From: a virus
IMG/VR virus record: IMGVR_UViG_3300047284_000228
Coordinates: 32,001 to 96,000 of that record
Length of the DNA: 64,000 nucleotides
Direction: 5' to 3' (one strand)
Shown here: piece after piece, positions 18,373-27,412 of the stretch
Numbering within the stretch: the stretch's first letter is position 1
Layout of the letters: every line of letters begins with the position of its first letter
Notes under the pieces: model-generated
Told to the model about the DNA's origin: nothing
The model's input: the letters and a program-made list of their open reading frames with translations, nothing else
Database searches by the model: none
Made by a program: the position numbers and the translations under genes

Positions 18373-19425
18373 TTATCCTAGTGTTAATGCAAATCGTATT
18401 GCGATGTCTGTGGCGGCGGTTTCTGATACCGCACCAATCGTACCGGCCGGACTAGCCCAAGCAGTGCCGTCCCAAATTTCTAAGGCTTTTGAATCTGTAT
18501 TGTATCTGGTCATACCTTCTACTGCATAAGCAGTAGGTCTGTCCCCTGCTGTACCTTTTGGAGGAACAAAAGCGTTAGTACCGGAGATAACAAAGTAGCC
18601 TGTACCAGATTGGTCAAGCTGTGTAATAGATCCGCTGACTGTGTTTGTGATCAGATTGTTTCTAATCGCAAAATTTCCTAATCTCACAGATCCTGCACCA
18701 TTGCCTTCTAAAATTAGATCCTGTCCAGTAGTAGTGTTAATGCGGTTATCTATGAGTTGTAGATTACCGATGTTAAATTCTGTAAGACTTAGGTTAGTAG
18801 CGAACAGATTAGTAGAATAAATATTTCTCCATCTGTTACTAGGGCTACCTATATCGTAGGTATTGTCTGTTTCAGGAATAAGGTTACTGTTTAGGCTAGC
18901 ATTGATAGTAACGGTGTCGGCGATACTATCGCCTATGATCAAATTTCCGCCTATGGTAATATTACCCGTGGCATTGATATTGCCTGTTACACTTAGATTT
19001 CCTGTAATATCAGTAGGTGCTTGTATATCCACAATACCTGTACCATTAGGTCTAAGTTCTAGATTAGAATTAGAAACTATAGTAGCGATCGTGTTTCCTG
19101 AAATTTCTATATCGTTTACGATCAGTCTAGAATGATAGATCGTAGCCTCGCCGCCGGAAGCAGTAAATGTTATTGAGGGAAGATCGCTGGAAATTGTATT
19201 GCCGGTTATAGTAAGATTACCTATGTCAAATTGATTGGTAACTTCAAGGTCTGTGACTCTTGTGGATCCAGCAACATCTAATGTGTATTGAGGAGAAGAA
19301 GTTTTCACTCCAATGCGCGAATTCGTAACGTCCAGATAGAGAAGGTCGGTCTCAAAGGCTAGGTCCACACCATCTCTGATGAGATTGGCCTTTAAGAGCG
19401 GACCGGAAATTCGACCAATAGCCAT
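18373..19425 (-). CDS. tail fibre / structural protein (beta-repeat shaft)
   Basis: 350 aa. MAIGRISGPLLKANLIRDGVDLAF start, repeated I.GN.I.T..SN..L.L.PNGTG.V units, IPETDNTYDIGS...RW, P.GT..DRP...G..RYNTD...E.WDG..W. AGGAG RBS. Confidence 0.75.
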   Translation of the reverse strand: MAIGRISGPLLKANLIRDGVDLAFETDLLYLDVTNSRIGVKTSSPQYTLDVAGSTRVTDLEVTNQFDIGNLTITGNTISSDLPSITFTASGGEATIYHSRLIVNDIEISGNTIATIVSNSNLELRPNGTGIVDIQAPTDITGNLSVTGNINATGNITIGGNLIIGDSIADTVTINASLNSNLIPETDNTYDIGSPSNRWRNIYSTNLFATNLSLTEFNIGNLQLIDNRINTTTGQDLILEGNGAGSVRLGNFAIRNNLITNTVSGSITQLDQSGTGYFVISGTNAFVPPKGTAGDRPTAYAVEGMTRYNTDSKALEIWDGTAWASPAGTIGAVSETAATDIAIRFALTLG

Positions 19426-19561
19426 GCGCTCTCCTAAATACCCCGTGTTTCACGGTTAACCAATTTTGGATTTCTCCGCAGCCGCTTCGACGGCTCTTTG
19501 CTGGTTTACCACAGTTTAATCACGCAGAAATTGGTCATTTGCTGCGATTAGTAGTATTTAG
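19426..19561 (-). promoter_or_regulatory. late promoter plus multi-hairpin structured 5' leader (candidate cis-regulatory RNA)
   Basis: TAAATA at 19555-19560 followed by ~125 nt containing five hairpins and a 10-nt long-range complementarity, ending at the AGGAG RBS of 18373..19425. Confidence 0.6.
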
Positions 19562-19574
19562 TCAGATTGGGGAA

Positions 19575-20684
19575 TTAACCAAAGATGAGGGTGTAAACGT
19601 GGCCAAGTTCTTCCATAACCGCAGGAGTTACCACAGTACCACCGCCAGTAGCCACTTGCCAGATTGTACCGTCAAAACATTCTAGATAACCTAGTTCGTT
19701 GTTCCAACGTGTTTCACCTACTTCAACGCCCAGTCTTTGAGAATTATTTCCCACAGGAATACGCATGGCGCCGGTATCGTTGATCACTAGATAGCCCGTA
19801 CCGGTATGCGAGATAGTCACGGGAGAATTTAGTAGATTCGTTATAGTGCCTTGATTGATAGAAATATTTTCTATAATGACTGTACCAGTATCTGGTAGCA
19901 GATACAGATCATCATTGCTCTGCAGGGCTTCTATCCTGTTTGCGCTATAGTTTGCTTGATCGCCTACGATTAAATTAGTGATAGTGGGATTTTGAGATCC
20001 GTTCAAGTCAACGATATAAGTATCATTCCATCTGTGGCTAGGAGATCCGATGTCATACTGATCGTCCGATCCAGGAACTATACTTTGTGTAAAATCTGGA
20101 GCAATGGTCACAGTATCTATAGGACTATCTCCGATTATAAGCTGCCCATTTAACTGCACAGTTTCTGTAGACTGTATATTTCCAGTAACTGCTAGGTTGC
20201 CTAGGATAGCTGTATCTCTTTGAAACACAACTCGTCCAGTGCCGCTGGCATTAAGCACTATATCTTCATTAAGCACAGCACCAGAAATCCTATTGCCGTC
20301 TATGTTGATAGAAGGAGTTTCTGCACGACCAAGTTCAACATAAGCATCTACTCCTACGGGCACGATGTTAATAGGACCTACGGTTGAAGTTATAGATCCA
20401 TTTGAATTAAATCTTATGTTGTCGAATGTAGCCAAAGTTCCCGAAGCTAACAAGTCTCCGGTAATTTTTCCATCACCTGTGATATCTAGAGTAAAATTTG
20501 GGGGATTAGCGTTAATTCCGATGCGTCTATTAGTTACATCGAGATATAATAGATCGTCGTCGAGCGCAGCATTTCTAAATGTAAGATCTACCCCGTTCCT
20601 CAGAAGATTCTGAGTCAGCATAGGTCCACTGATTCTACCTATAGAATATCCTGGCGGAGTCGATGGTCCTGGCGCTGCTGGCAT
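19575..20684 (-). CDS. tail fibre / structural protein, paralog of 18373..19425
   Basis: 369 aa. IGRISGPMLTQNLLRNGVDLTF after a Pro-rich N-terminal extension, with the same repeat and C-terminal motifs. Confidence 0.75.
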   Translation of the reverse strand: MPAAPGPSTPPGYSIGRISGPMLTQNLLRNGVDLTFRNAALDDDLLYLDVTNRRIGINANPPNFTLDITGDGKITGDLLASGTLATFDNIRFNSNGSITSTVGPINIVPVGVDAYVELGRAETPSINIDGNRISGAVLNEDIVLNASGTGRVVFQRDTAILGNLAVTGNIQSTETVQLNGQLIIGDSPIDTVTIAPDFTQSIVPGSDDQYDIGSPSHRWNDTYIVDLNGSQNPTITNLIVGDQANYSANRIEALQSNDDLYLLPDTGTVIIENISINQGTITNLLNSPVTISHTGTGYLVINDTGAMRIPVGNNSQRLGVEVGETRWNNELGYLECFDGTIWQVATGGGTVVTPAVMEELGHVYTLIFG

Positions 20685-20693
20685 ACTATCTCC

Positions 20694-21194
20694 TTAGTTG
20701 GCAAATCCGTAATAGATAGTAATATCTTTAGCTAACGGCACCGGACTTGTAAAAACTATATAGGTATTTCCTGATCCTAGATAATTGTCAACAAGGTTAA
20801 AGTTAGTATCTGATATTTGAAAAACGTTTTCTACAAATACCAAAATATTGTTTTCTGAACTAGGTATTTGGCTTAGGGGACCAAATGTTGTTTCTATGCC
20901 GTCTGCACCGGTAAGTGTTTGTTTTGTTATTGTAGTTGCGCCCGGTGCTCTTACCACTTCCCAAACTCCATCGATATATGCTTCGATAGAATTCGTTGTA
21001 GTATTGTATCGAATAAAACCGTTAGCGCCGTTGGGATTTCTTACGCCGCTGAGCTGCGGGCGTTCTGCAGTAGTACCTTTAGGCAATCTTAGTCCGCCTG
21101 TTAGGTCCATTACTGCCCTACCATAATGATTAGTAAACAGCGTATTGTCGCTGGGACTATATTTGCTGATAGTTTTTTGCTTTAAGAATCTCAT
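20694..21194 (-). CDS. virion structural protein
   Basis: 166 aa. LRLPKGTTAERP...FIRYNTTTNSIEAY motif plus a GADG.ETTF...ILVFVENVFQ...F domain common in T4-like virion proteins. Confidence 0.7.
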   Translation of the reverse strand: MRFLKQKTISKYSPSDNTLFTNHYGRAVMDLTGGLRLPKGTTAERPQLSGVRNPNGANGFIRYNTTTNSIEAYIDGVWEVVRAPGATTITKQTLTGADGIETTFGPLSQIPSSENNILVFVENVFQISDTNFNLVDNYLGSGNTYIVFTSPVPLAKDITIYYGFAN

Positions 21195-21559
21195 ACTGGT
21201 AACGAACTCACTGTGATGCTCAATAGATTAGCTGCGCTGGCTGTAGCACGGATCTGATCTCCGGAGCTAAGAACGATTCTTTCGTCGCTGAAAAATACCG
21301 TTTCACCTGCGGGTACCGTAAGATTTTTTACTATGGTATTTGTATCTGTACTAACTCCTCCGCTGACCACTAGATTAAGTGTCAAGTTCGCAGAGTTTAC
21401 AGTTTCGTCTGTTAGGTTTGGAGTTCCTGTATTACAGACTATAATCGATGTTACAGCATTGGTTTGACCAGTTACGCCAGGACCAATGGCTGCTCCTGTA
21501 GTTGTACTAGTATACACTAATGTATCACCTGTGGTAGTTAATCTTGTGCTGTATATCAT
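21191..21559 (-). CDS. small beta-rich virion/fibre adaptor protein
   Basis: 122 aa. AVTSIIVCN...IVKNLTVPAGET...ERIVLSSGDQI; third member of the small paralog family. Confidence 0.65.
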   Translation of the reverse strand: MIYSTRLTTTGDTLVYTSTTTGAAIGPGVTGQTNAVTSIIVCNTGTPNLTDETVNSANLTLNLVVSGGVSTDTNTIVKNLTVPAGETVFFSDERIVLSSGDQIRATASAANLLSITVSSLPV

Positions 21560-21568
21560 GTTTTTCTC

Positions 21569-22555
21569 TTAAAATATCATACTAAAAACCAAAGCCTTGC
21601 TTTTGCTAATAAGTTCATCTGTTTTAGTTGTGTTAACAAAATAAAGACCAGTAGTTCCTACTCCTGCGGTATTTCCATACAGTAGACTGCCTCCACTGAC
21701 TGATGCAGGTGTAGTTCCTAGATTGTTCATTTGTAGAGCATAGGTAATTTCTACCTTGCCCGTGCCGTTAGTTTCAAATTTAATGTTAGCGTTGGTATTT
21801 CTTGTTTGTATTACCGCAGCATCCGGAATCAACGGATTAAAAGGTGTTGGATCTTCTGTGTACAGAGTCAATCCACCAAACTGCACCCTGTTGCTAAAAA
21901 ATTCTGTGACGATATTATTTTCAACTACTACAGCTACTTGGCTTTCTAGTGGTTGAACAGCATATGGTCCGATAGGAAATAATCCAGTGGCAGGATTGTT
22001 TGAATCAAAGGCTGCTACTCTGGTATTATCTCGGACGATCTGGAATGTTGGATTAGTCTGAATCGCTGTGTCAACATATCTTTTGTTAGGTATATCATCG
22101 TCATCAGTGACATTCAATTCATAATTTAGTGTGCCTGCGACTTTGACTACACCTGTGCCTGTGCCGATTAGTGTTAGGTCGCCTGCGTCTGTGTCTGCAT
22201 TGGTCAGGATTTCTTTGACTCTTAATCTACTGCTATTATAACCTGCGCCTTGTTTGAAATTCCAAGTATCATCGTCTTCGTCCCAAACAAGCAGAACATC
22301 TTCTTCAGTACCTCGATCAACTTGGATGCCGGAATAACGAAGAGTTACCCCGGCTCCAGTTTCACCATCATTAACAATAATGATGTTATCTTTAATCGCT
22401 AGATTTTCGGCAGAGATAATAGTAGTATCGCCTTCTACTACTAGATTTCCAGTAACGATTGTTCTACCAACACCAGGTCCGGTGTCTAATTTAATATCAG
22501 CACCTTCGCTGGTTTTGATGTTGTAATCGCCGTTAACTTGGAAAAACTGTCCCAT
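21569..22555 (-). CDS. tail fibre / structural protein
   Basis: 328 aa. VTGNLVVEG.TT...IKDNII.VN.GETGAG...SGIQVDRGT...WDE motif typical of T4-like fibre proteins. Confidence 0.7.
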   Translation of the reverse strand: MGQFFQVNGDYNIKTSEGADIKLDTGPGVGRTIVTGNLVVEGDTTIISAENLAIKDNIIIVNDGETGAGVTLRYSGIQVDRGTEEDVLLVWDEDDDTWNFKQGAGYNSSRLRVKEILTNADTDAGDLTLIGTGTGVVKVAGTLNYELNVTDDDDIPNKRYVDTAIQTNPTFQIVRDNTRVAAFDSNNPATGLFPIGPYAVQPLESQVAVVVENNIVTEFFSNRVQFGGLTLYTEDPTPFNPLIPDAAVIQTRNTNANIKFETNGTGKVEITYALQMNNLGTTPASVSGGSLLYGNTAGVGTTGLYFVNTTKTDELISKSKALVFSMIF

Positions 22556-22569
22556 GCCTACTTCCTAGA

Positions 22570-23088
22570 TTAGATAGCTGTTAAAATTAACAAAGTTTGA
22601 GATGAGTCGTCGCTCAATGACCACTTGTAACGATTTCCGTTAAAATCAGTGGCTGTTCTAAAATTAATCTTTCTTAAAGTTACAGGATTACCAGTAGAAT
22701 TAATTCCTACTAGTGTAGCTTCACCGTTGTTTGCAGGATCGGAGTTTGTGCCTTGTACTAACTTAGCAGTTACTACAGTGTTAACAACACCTGTGCCTGA
22801 TCCGCCAACTGCGGTAGCTGTGAATACTCTACCATTGACAGCATTGTGTAGTGCGCCTGCTGCGGTAAAATCTGAGTCGCCTACAGATTCGATCACATAT
22901 TGACTACCAACTACTAGGCTTCCGTCGGCGACGTTTGTGCCATCGTCGGCACATTTAAATCTACGAGCACTTACTTGATTAACAATGTAACCCTCATAGA
23001 CTGTACCACCGGTTTTAAATCTGATAGGAATCTTTGCTGGGGATCCGCCTGTGATTCCAAAATATCTCTTACTTAACTTATTTGCCAT
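22570..23088 (-). CDS. virion structural protein (hypothetical)
   Basis: 172 aa, AGGAG RBS, own late promoter. Internal LVVGSQYVIESVGDSDFTAAGA...FTAT..GSGTG module. Confidence 0.65.
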   Translation of the reverse strand: MANKLSKRYFGITGGSPAKIPIRFKTGGTVYEGYIVNQVSARRFKCADDGTNVADGSLVVGSQYVIESVGDSDFTAAGALHNAVNGRVFTATAVGGSGTGVVNTVVTAKLVQGTNSDPANNGEATLVGINSTGNPVTLRKINFRTATDFNGNRYKWSLSDDSSQTLLILTAI

Positions 23089-23158
23089 TTGTTTTCTCCT
23101 TTAGAGTGACGTTCTAGGTCTCGCTCAGTGGCAAAACTGCGCAATCATCTAGATACTT

Positions 23159-23165
23159 TATTTAT
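23159..23165 (-). promoter_or_regulatory. T4-type late promoter (ATAAATA)
   Basis: ATAAATA ~70 nt upstream of 22570..23088. Confidence 0.6.
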
Positions 23166-23431
23166 CAGCGGCTGAGCATAGCCATCAGTTCCAATTTACT
23201 TACTGTAGCCAGCACTCTATTAATTTCGTCTATTTCCGATTGTGCTCGTTCTAGATGAATGGTATGATGTGTACGCCTATACTCTACTAGATGCTTACTG
23301 TAGTTAGTGATATGATTTTCAACGATGTTTTCTATTTGTTTTACATCGTGTGTGAACATTGGAAATCGGCGGCGCCAAATATTAAATTGTTCTCTTAGTT
23401 TAGAAAAATCGTTATGCGTTTCGATCTGCAT
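23165..23431 (-). CDS. hypothetical protein (helical)
   Basis: The ORF track start (TTG 23452) overlaps the capsid terminator. ATG at 23431 (MQIETHNDFSKLR...) lies 5 nt after a TAAATA late promoter (23437-23442) and is preferred. Confidence 0.65.
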   Translation of the reverse strand: MQIETHNDFSKLREQFNIWRRRFPMFTHDVKQIENIVENHITNYSKHLVEYRRTHHTIHLERAQSEIDEINRVLATVSKLELMAMLSR

Positions 23432-23450
23432 ACCGATATTTAAGCCAAAC

Positions 23451-23474
23451 AAAAAGGCTCCGAAGAGCCTTTTT
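23451..23474 (-). terminator. intrinsic terminator after major capsid gene
   Basis: Minus strand AAAAAGGCTC-TTCG-GAGCCTTTTT: GC stem, cUUCGg loop and U-tract. A/T tracts on both sides suggest it is bidirectional. Confidence 0.9.
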
Positions 23475-23502
23475 GAAACACTTGAAAAGTGTGTACCTTT
23501 GA

Positions 23503-24675
23503 TTAGGTGAATGATGCGTTAGCGATTGTCACACGACCTAGGTAGTCAGCTGCGTTACCTAGAGATGATGCTGTGTTTGTCAACTCAACATATCCGTAAC
23601 GTGTCATAAAGCTAACTACTGGCTCAAATGTGCTAGGATCTAGAACAACACCGCTGCTCATCAATGGAATGTATGGGCAGTAGAATGCTGCTGCATCAGA
23701 TTCGCTAGAACCTTTGTAGCCAACTAGAACTGTGTCATCATCAGCGTAGGTGTTGACATAGATCTTCATCGCGCTGTTCAATGTACCAACAAACTTGGTG
23801 TTTGTAGGTGCTTCGAATGTGCCTTCTGTTGTTCTTGCGAACGCAGAAGTTGTAGCACTCTGAAGAATTGTCAATGCTGTTGGGCTAACAACTGCCCAAT
23901 TACCAGCACCACGGCGTGTACGCTGAGCGATTGTGTTAGCAACGCGGTTGATAGCAACTGCTAGAGCTGCATGCTCGTCACCAACGAATGTAGCTGTACC
24001 GCTAACTGCTGCTTGGTCAAAAGCCACTGTGTTACCTGCACCAGAAGCTAGGGTAGCTAGGCTACGTAGAACTTCTTGGTCGATTTCAGCAGTGATCTCT
24101 TGTGCTAGAGCAGCCATGATTTCTGCTTCGATGTCAATGCCTTGTTGGGCTTGTGCATCTTGAGCAGCTTCAAATGTCCAGCGAGCTGACAACTTACGTG
24201 TCTTAGCTTCAACTGTTTGCTTCAAGATTTGAATGCTTAGTCTGTTACCAGCAACACCTTCTTTGGCAGCTGTCGCATCAGCTTTACCATTAGCGTTACC
24301 AGAATAGCCTTCAGCGATCTTGAATGGGCTTAGTGCCTCTTCACCTGCACTAGCGGATCCGCCTGCAGAGCCTGTGAAAGCATCTGAATAGCGAACACGT
24401 AGAGTGTGAATTTGGCCAACTGGGCCTGTCATTGGTTGTACACCAACTAGTTCATTAGCAATGACTGTTGGCATTACACGTCTGATCACAGGTAGGATCA
24501 CACGATTTAGGGTTGCAACGTTACCGGCGGAAGTAGCACCAGCAGTGGCAGACTCTGCCAAATACTTGCGAGTATTTTCTAGAGTTGTTGCCATAACTGT
24601 ACGCTTGTTACCTTGTAGGCCTTCTAATAGTGCCTCTTTAGTCTCCGACCAGCGTGACTCGAGTAGTTGTGACAT
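23503..24675 (-). CDS. gp23: major capsid protein (T4 gp23-like)
   Basis: 390 aa. ILPVIRRVMPTVIANELVGVQPMTGPVGQIHTLR, VEAKTRKLSARWTFEAAQD, AFYCPYIPL and MTRYG are hallmark gp23 motifs. Confidence 0.97.
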   Translation of the reverse strand: MSQLLESRWSETKEALLEGLQGNKRTVMATTLENTRKYLAESATAGATSAGNVATLNRVILPVIRRVMPTVIANELVGVQPMTGPVGQIHTLRVRYSDAFTGSAGGSASAGEEALSPFKIAEGYSGNANGKADATAAKEGVAGNRLSIQILKQTVEAKTRKLSARWTFEAAQDAQAQQGIDIEAEIMAALAQEITAEIDQEVLRSLATLASGAGNTVAFDQAAVSGTATFVGDEHAALAVAINRVANTIAQRTRRGAGNWAVVSPTALTILQSATTSAFARTTEGTFEAPTNTKFVGTLNSAMKIYVNTYADDDTVLVGYKGSSESDAAAFYCPYIPLMSSGVVLDPSTFEPVVSFMTRYGYVELTNTASSLGNAADYLGRVTIANASFT

Positions 24676-24686
24676 TATAGTTCTCC

Positions 24687-25775
24687 TTAAACTTTTAGTC
24701 CCGCAAGCCTGCGGATGTCAAATATTTCAGCGGTTTTTTCTTCGCTGATAGGTTGTGCCTGCTTATCGCCTGTGATTTCTTTTGCCTCTGTGAGTGCTTT
24801 CTTTGCCGGTGCTCCACCATCCATGACGGCTGGTAAGTACTTGTCGAAAGCGCCGCGTAGTTTGTCAGTTTGAACGGATTCTAGTAATTCTTTCATTACT
24901 GTACGCTTGTCGCCGGATAGTGGCCCTAGCAATTCGCTCATAACTTCCTTGCGAGCGGCTGTATCTTTGGCAATGCGTAATTCTTGTTCACGACTTTCAA
25001 CTAATTTTTGTGTTTCTGCAACAACTTTGGCTGCTTCTTCTAATTCTGCTTCTTTGGCAGCTACTGCTTTTAACAGTTTAGCTGTTTCAGATTTTTCATT
25101 GAGATGACTTGCAGCATATTCGCTGGCGAAGCTTTCAAAAATCCTACGACCAAAATCATTTTTGCGAGCAGCATCAATGTCCTCGCGTAGCTGTGTCATT
25201 TCAGACTTCAGGCCCTTAGACACTGTTTCTTCAATGATTTTTGCTGAACGGGAGATAAAATCTTTCTTGATTTCTTCAAACTTAGCCTTGCTTTCGCGAA
25301 CCAAACGAACTTTGGTTTCGGCTAGGTCTTTCTTGTCTGCGTGGAACTCTGCGATTTCCTTCGCTAGAGAATCTACGATGAAAGATTCTAATTTTGTAAC
25401 ATTGCTGGCCACTGACTTACGATCATCGTGAAGTTCGCTGAGTTCTTTATGTAGATTTTTCATAACAAAAGATTCTAATACCTTAGAATCTTGAGATATC
25501 TTTTCTGCATAACGAGCTCTTGCATCAATAAGACTCTGACGATCTTCAGCTAGTTCTGATAGTTCTGCCTGTAGACGGTCTGCAAGCATTCCTTCTACAG
25601 CGTCAATCATAGCTGACTTGTCATGTTCGTATTTCTGCGCAAATTCTTCACGTAACTGAGCCGTAACTTGGTCACGATTTTCTTGGATTCTAGCTTGCCA
25701 AGCGGATTCAATTTCCGATTTAATTTCTTCGGAAATCACATTGTTCTCAAACAGTTGTTTTACGATATCTAGCAT
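24687..25775 (-). CDS. gp22: prohead core scaffold protein (gp22-like)
   Basis: 362 aa coiled-coil, Glu/Lys-rich, FGRRIFESF motif, located between protease and capsid genes as in T4. Confidence 0.85.
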   Translation of the reverse strand: MLDIVKQLFENNVISEEIKSEIESAWQARIQENRDQVTAQLREEFAQKYEHDKSAMIDAVEGMLADRLQAELSELAEDRQSLIDARARYAEKISQDSKVLESFVMKNLHKELSELHDDRKSVASNVTKLESFIVDSLAKEIAEFHADKKDLAETKVRLVRESKAKFEEIKKDFISRSAKIIEETVSKGLKSEMTQLREDIDAARKNDFGRRIFESFASEYAASHLNEKSETAKLLKAVAAKEAELEEAAKVVAETQKLVESREQELRIAKDTAARKEVMSELLGPLSGDKRTVMKELLESVQTDKLRGAFDKYLPAVMDGGAPAKKALTEAKEITGDKQAQPISEEKTAEIFDIRRLAGLKV

Positions 25776-25792
25776 GTGATTCTCCTACTTGG

Positions 25793-26422
25793 TTATTTGA
25801 GCCCTCTGATGATTTTCACCAGATTCTCTGCTAAGTATTTCTGAGCCTTTGGATCGCCTTGAACTTCTTGTGCTATTTTAAATGCCTGATATCCACCTGT
25901 GTTATTCATAAGGTGTTCATAAACTGGGGTTGGGTATGCTCCCGGGGCGGAAGGTTGCGCTACAATGTCAACTGTGATAATTTCAAAACCTTGAACATTG
26001 CCACCTGAATCCACTTCACCGGAACCTCTACTACTTACACCCAACTTAACTCCCGACGTGAGCATAGTTTCAATTAACTTGCCCATAGGTGTCGGGAGGA
26101 TTTTAAGTTTTCCGTAGCCGTTAGGACCATCCATCCACATCTTGGTAATCATGTGTGAAACACGATCAAGATTGATTTTTAAATCCTGCGGGTGATCAAC
26201 TTCTCCTAGAACGGAGTATCCGCCAGCGATCTGTTCATTGAGCGTTTTGACAGCCCTGCCAATTTCTTGAGAAGAATAAACACGCTGGTTCTGATTACGG
26301 ATATCTCCTTGGATGCAGATACCGTTCAGATGCAGCGATTTTTTATCGCCTTCACCTTCGCTCTCTAATACAATCTTGGCCTGGTCGAAACTCAAATGTT
26401 CTGATAGGTAGTTTTTCACCAT
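25793..26422 (-). CDS. gp21: prohead protease (gp21-like)
   Basis: 209 aa. GICIQGDIRNQNQRVY, LGEVDHP, LPTPMG, GVSSRGSG and DIVAQPSAPGAY are gp21/U9 protease motifs. Confidence 0.95.
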   Translation of the reverse strand: MVKNYLSEHLSFDQAKIVLESEGEGDKKSLHLNGICIQGDIRNQNQRVYSSQEIGRAVKTLNEQIAGGYSVLGEVDHPQDLKINLDRVSHMITKMWMDGPNGYGKLKILPTPMGKLIETMLTSGVKLGVSSRGSGEVDSGGNVQGFEIITVDIVAQPSAPGAYPTPVYEHLMNNTGGYQAFKIAQEVQGDPKAQKYLAENLVKIIRGLK

Positions 26423-26431
26423 TAAGTCCTA

Positions 26432-27349
26432 TTATCTACGACCACGGAAAAGACTTGCGGTATCGGTCTTGCCTGCACTACCGCCTGCTCCAGAAAACTT
26501 GCCTTCGGCTTCGCCTTTCTTTTCAGCGCCATGGCCTGGCTCTTTCTTAGAGAAAGCACTGCCTGCTTTGCCGCCTGGAACATTGATATTACCTGCGTTA
26601 TCTTCTTTTGGGGTTCCTTTTAGCAATCCAGAACCTTTTAATTGTCCTTGGTTAGCTAGAACACCTGCTTCTTCTTTGCTGCCTAGAATGTTTGCTGCGG
26701 TACCGCCCATGTCGTTCTTACCAGCTACGATGCTCTTAGCATTTAGGCTTGGTTTGTCACCTTGTGCGCCAGTTCCTACTAGAGAACCTTCGCCTGCGCC
26801 TTTCTTTTCGGCGCCATGACCGCCTGCAACTTTTTCTACGTATTCACGAACTGTTTCTAAGTCCATGTCGTCTTTCATTTCTTCTTCGCCGCCCATGTCG
26901 TCGCCCATGTCGCCGCCTTTGAGTTCATCAAACTTAGCTTGTAGTTCGTCAACGATAGCGTCTAAGTCTTGGAAAAGTTCTTCTTCAGACTTTTCACCTT
27001 CTTCGCCTTCTTCTTCGTCTCCCATGTCTAGTTCACTTTCTAGATCATCGGTTGGGTCGCCGCCCATTTCATCATCGGCTTCAATAGCGATATCATCGAA
27101 ACCTTCTTCCATATCTTCGTCGTCTTCGCTTTCAGATGCTTCGTCGACTTTTTCGTCTTCAGCTTCTTCGTCTTCAGCTGCTTCATCAACTTCTTCGTCC
27201 TCTTCGTCGGACATTTCTGCTTCGATCAAACCTTCGTAGATTTCGCGTGATTTTGCAACTACATATTCGTGGAATAATTCTTCTGCTTTGGCCTGATTAT
27301 CGTTAACCAGGTTCTCGAGCATTTGCTCAAGTAATGATTTATCTGCCAT
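26432..27349 (-). CDS. acidic prohead core protein (gp67/gp68-position)
   Basis: 305 aa with a very Asp/Glu-rich middle and Gly/Lys-rich C-terminus. AGGAG RBS and late promoter upstream; sits between portal and protease. Confidence 0.7.
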   Translation of the reverse strand: MADKSLLEQMLENLVNDNQAKAEELFHEYVVAKSREIYEGLIEAEMSDEEDEEVDEAAEDEEAEDEKVDEASESEDDEDMEEGFDDIAIEADDEMGGDPTDDLESELDMGDEEEGEEGEKSEEELFQDLDAIVDELQAKFDELKGGDMGDDMGGEEEMKDDMDLETVREYVEKVAGGHGAEKKGAGEGSLVGTGAQGDKPSLNAKSIVAGKNDMGGTAANILGSKEEAGVLANQGQLKGSGLLKGTPKEDNAGNINVPGGKAGSAFSKKEPGHGAEKKGEAEGKFSGAGGSAGKTDTASLFRGRR

Positions 27350-27384
27350 GTTGTATTCTCCTTCAAGATGGTTAGGCTGTGAGT

Positions 27385-27390
27385 TATTTA
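27385..27390 (-). promoter_or_regulatory. T4-type late promoter (TAAATA)
   Basis: TAAATA ~35 nt upstream of the core-protease-scaffold-capsid unit. Confidence 0.65.
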
Positions 27391-27412
27391 CTACACTTTT
27401 ATTAAAAAGGTG

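Noticed and set aside
19490-19515. c-di-GMP-I riboswitch (GGTAAACC...GCAAAG resemblance)
   Set aside because: The GNRA-capped stem between these segments and the tetraloop-receptor stem are missing.
23432-23452. TTG start at 23452 for the 95-aa ORF
   Set aside because: It overlaps the capsid terminator U-tract and lies upstream of the local late promoter; ATG 23431 is preferred.
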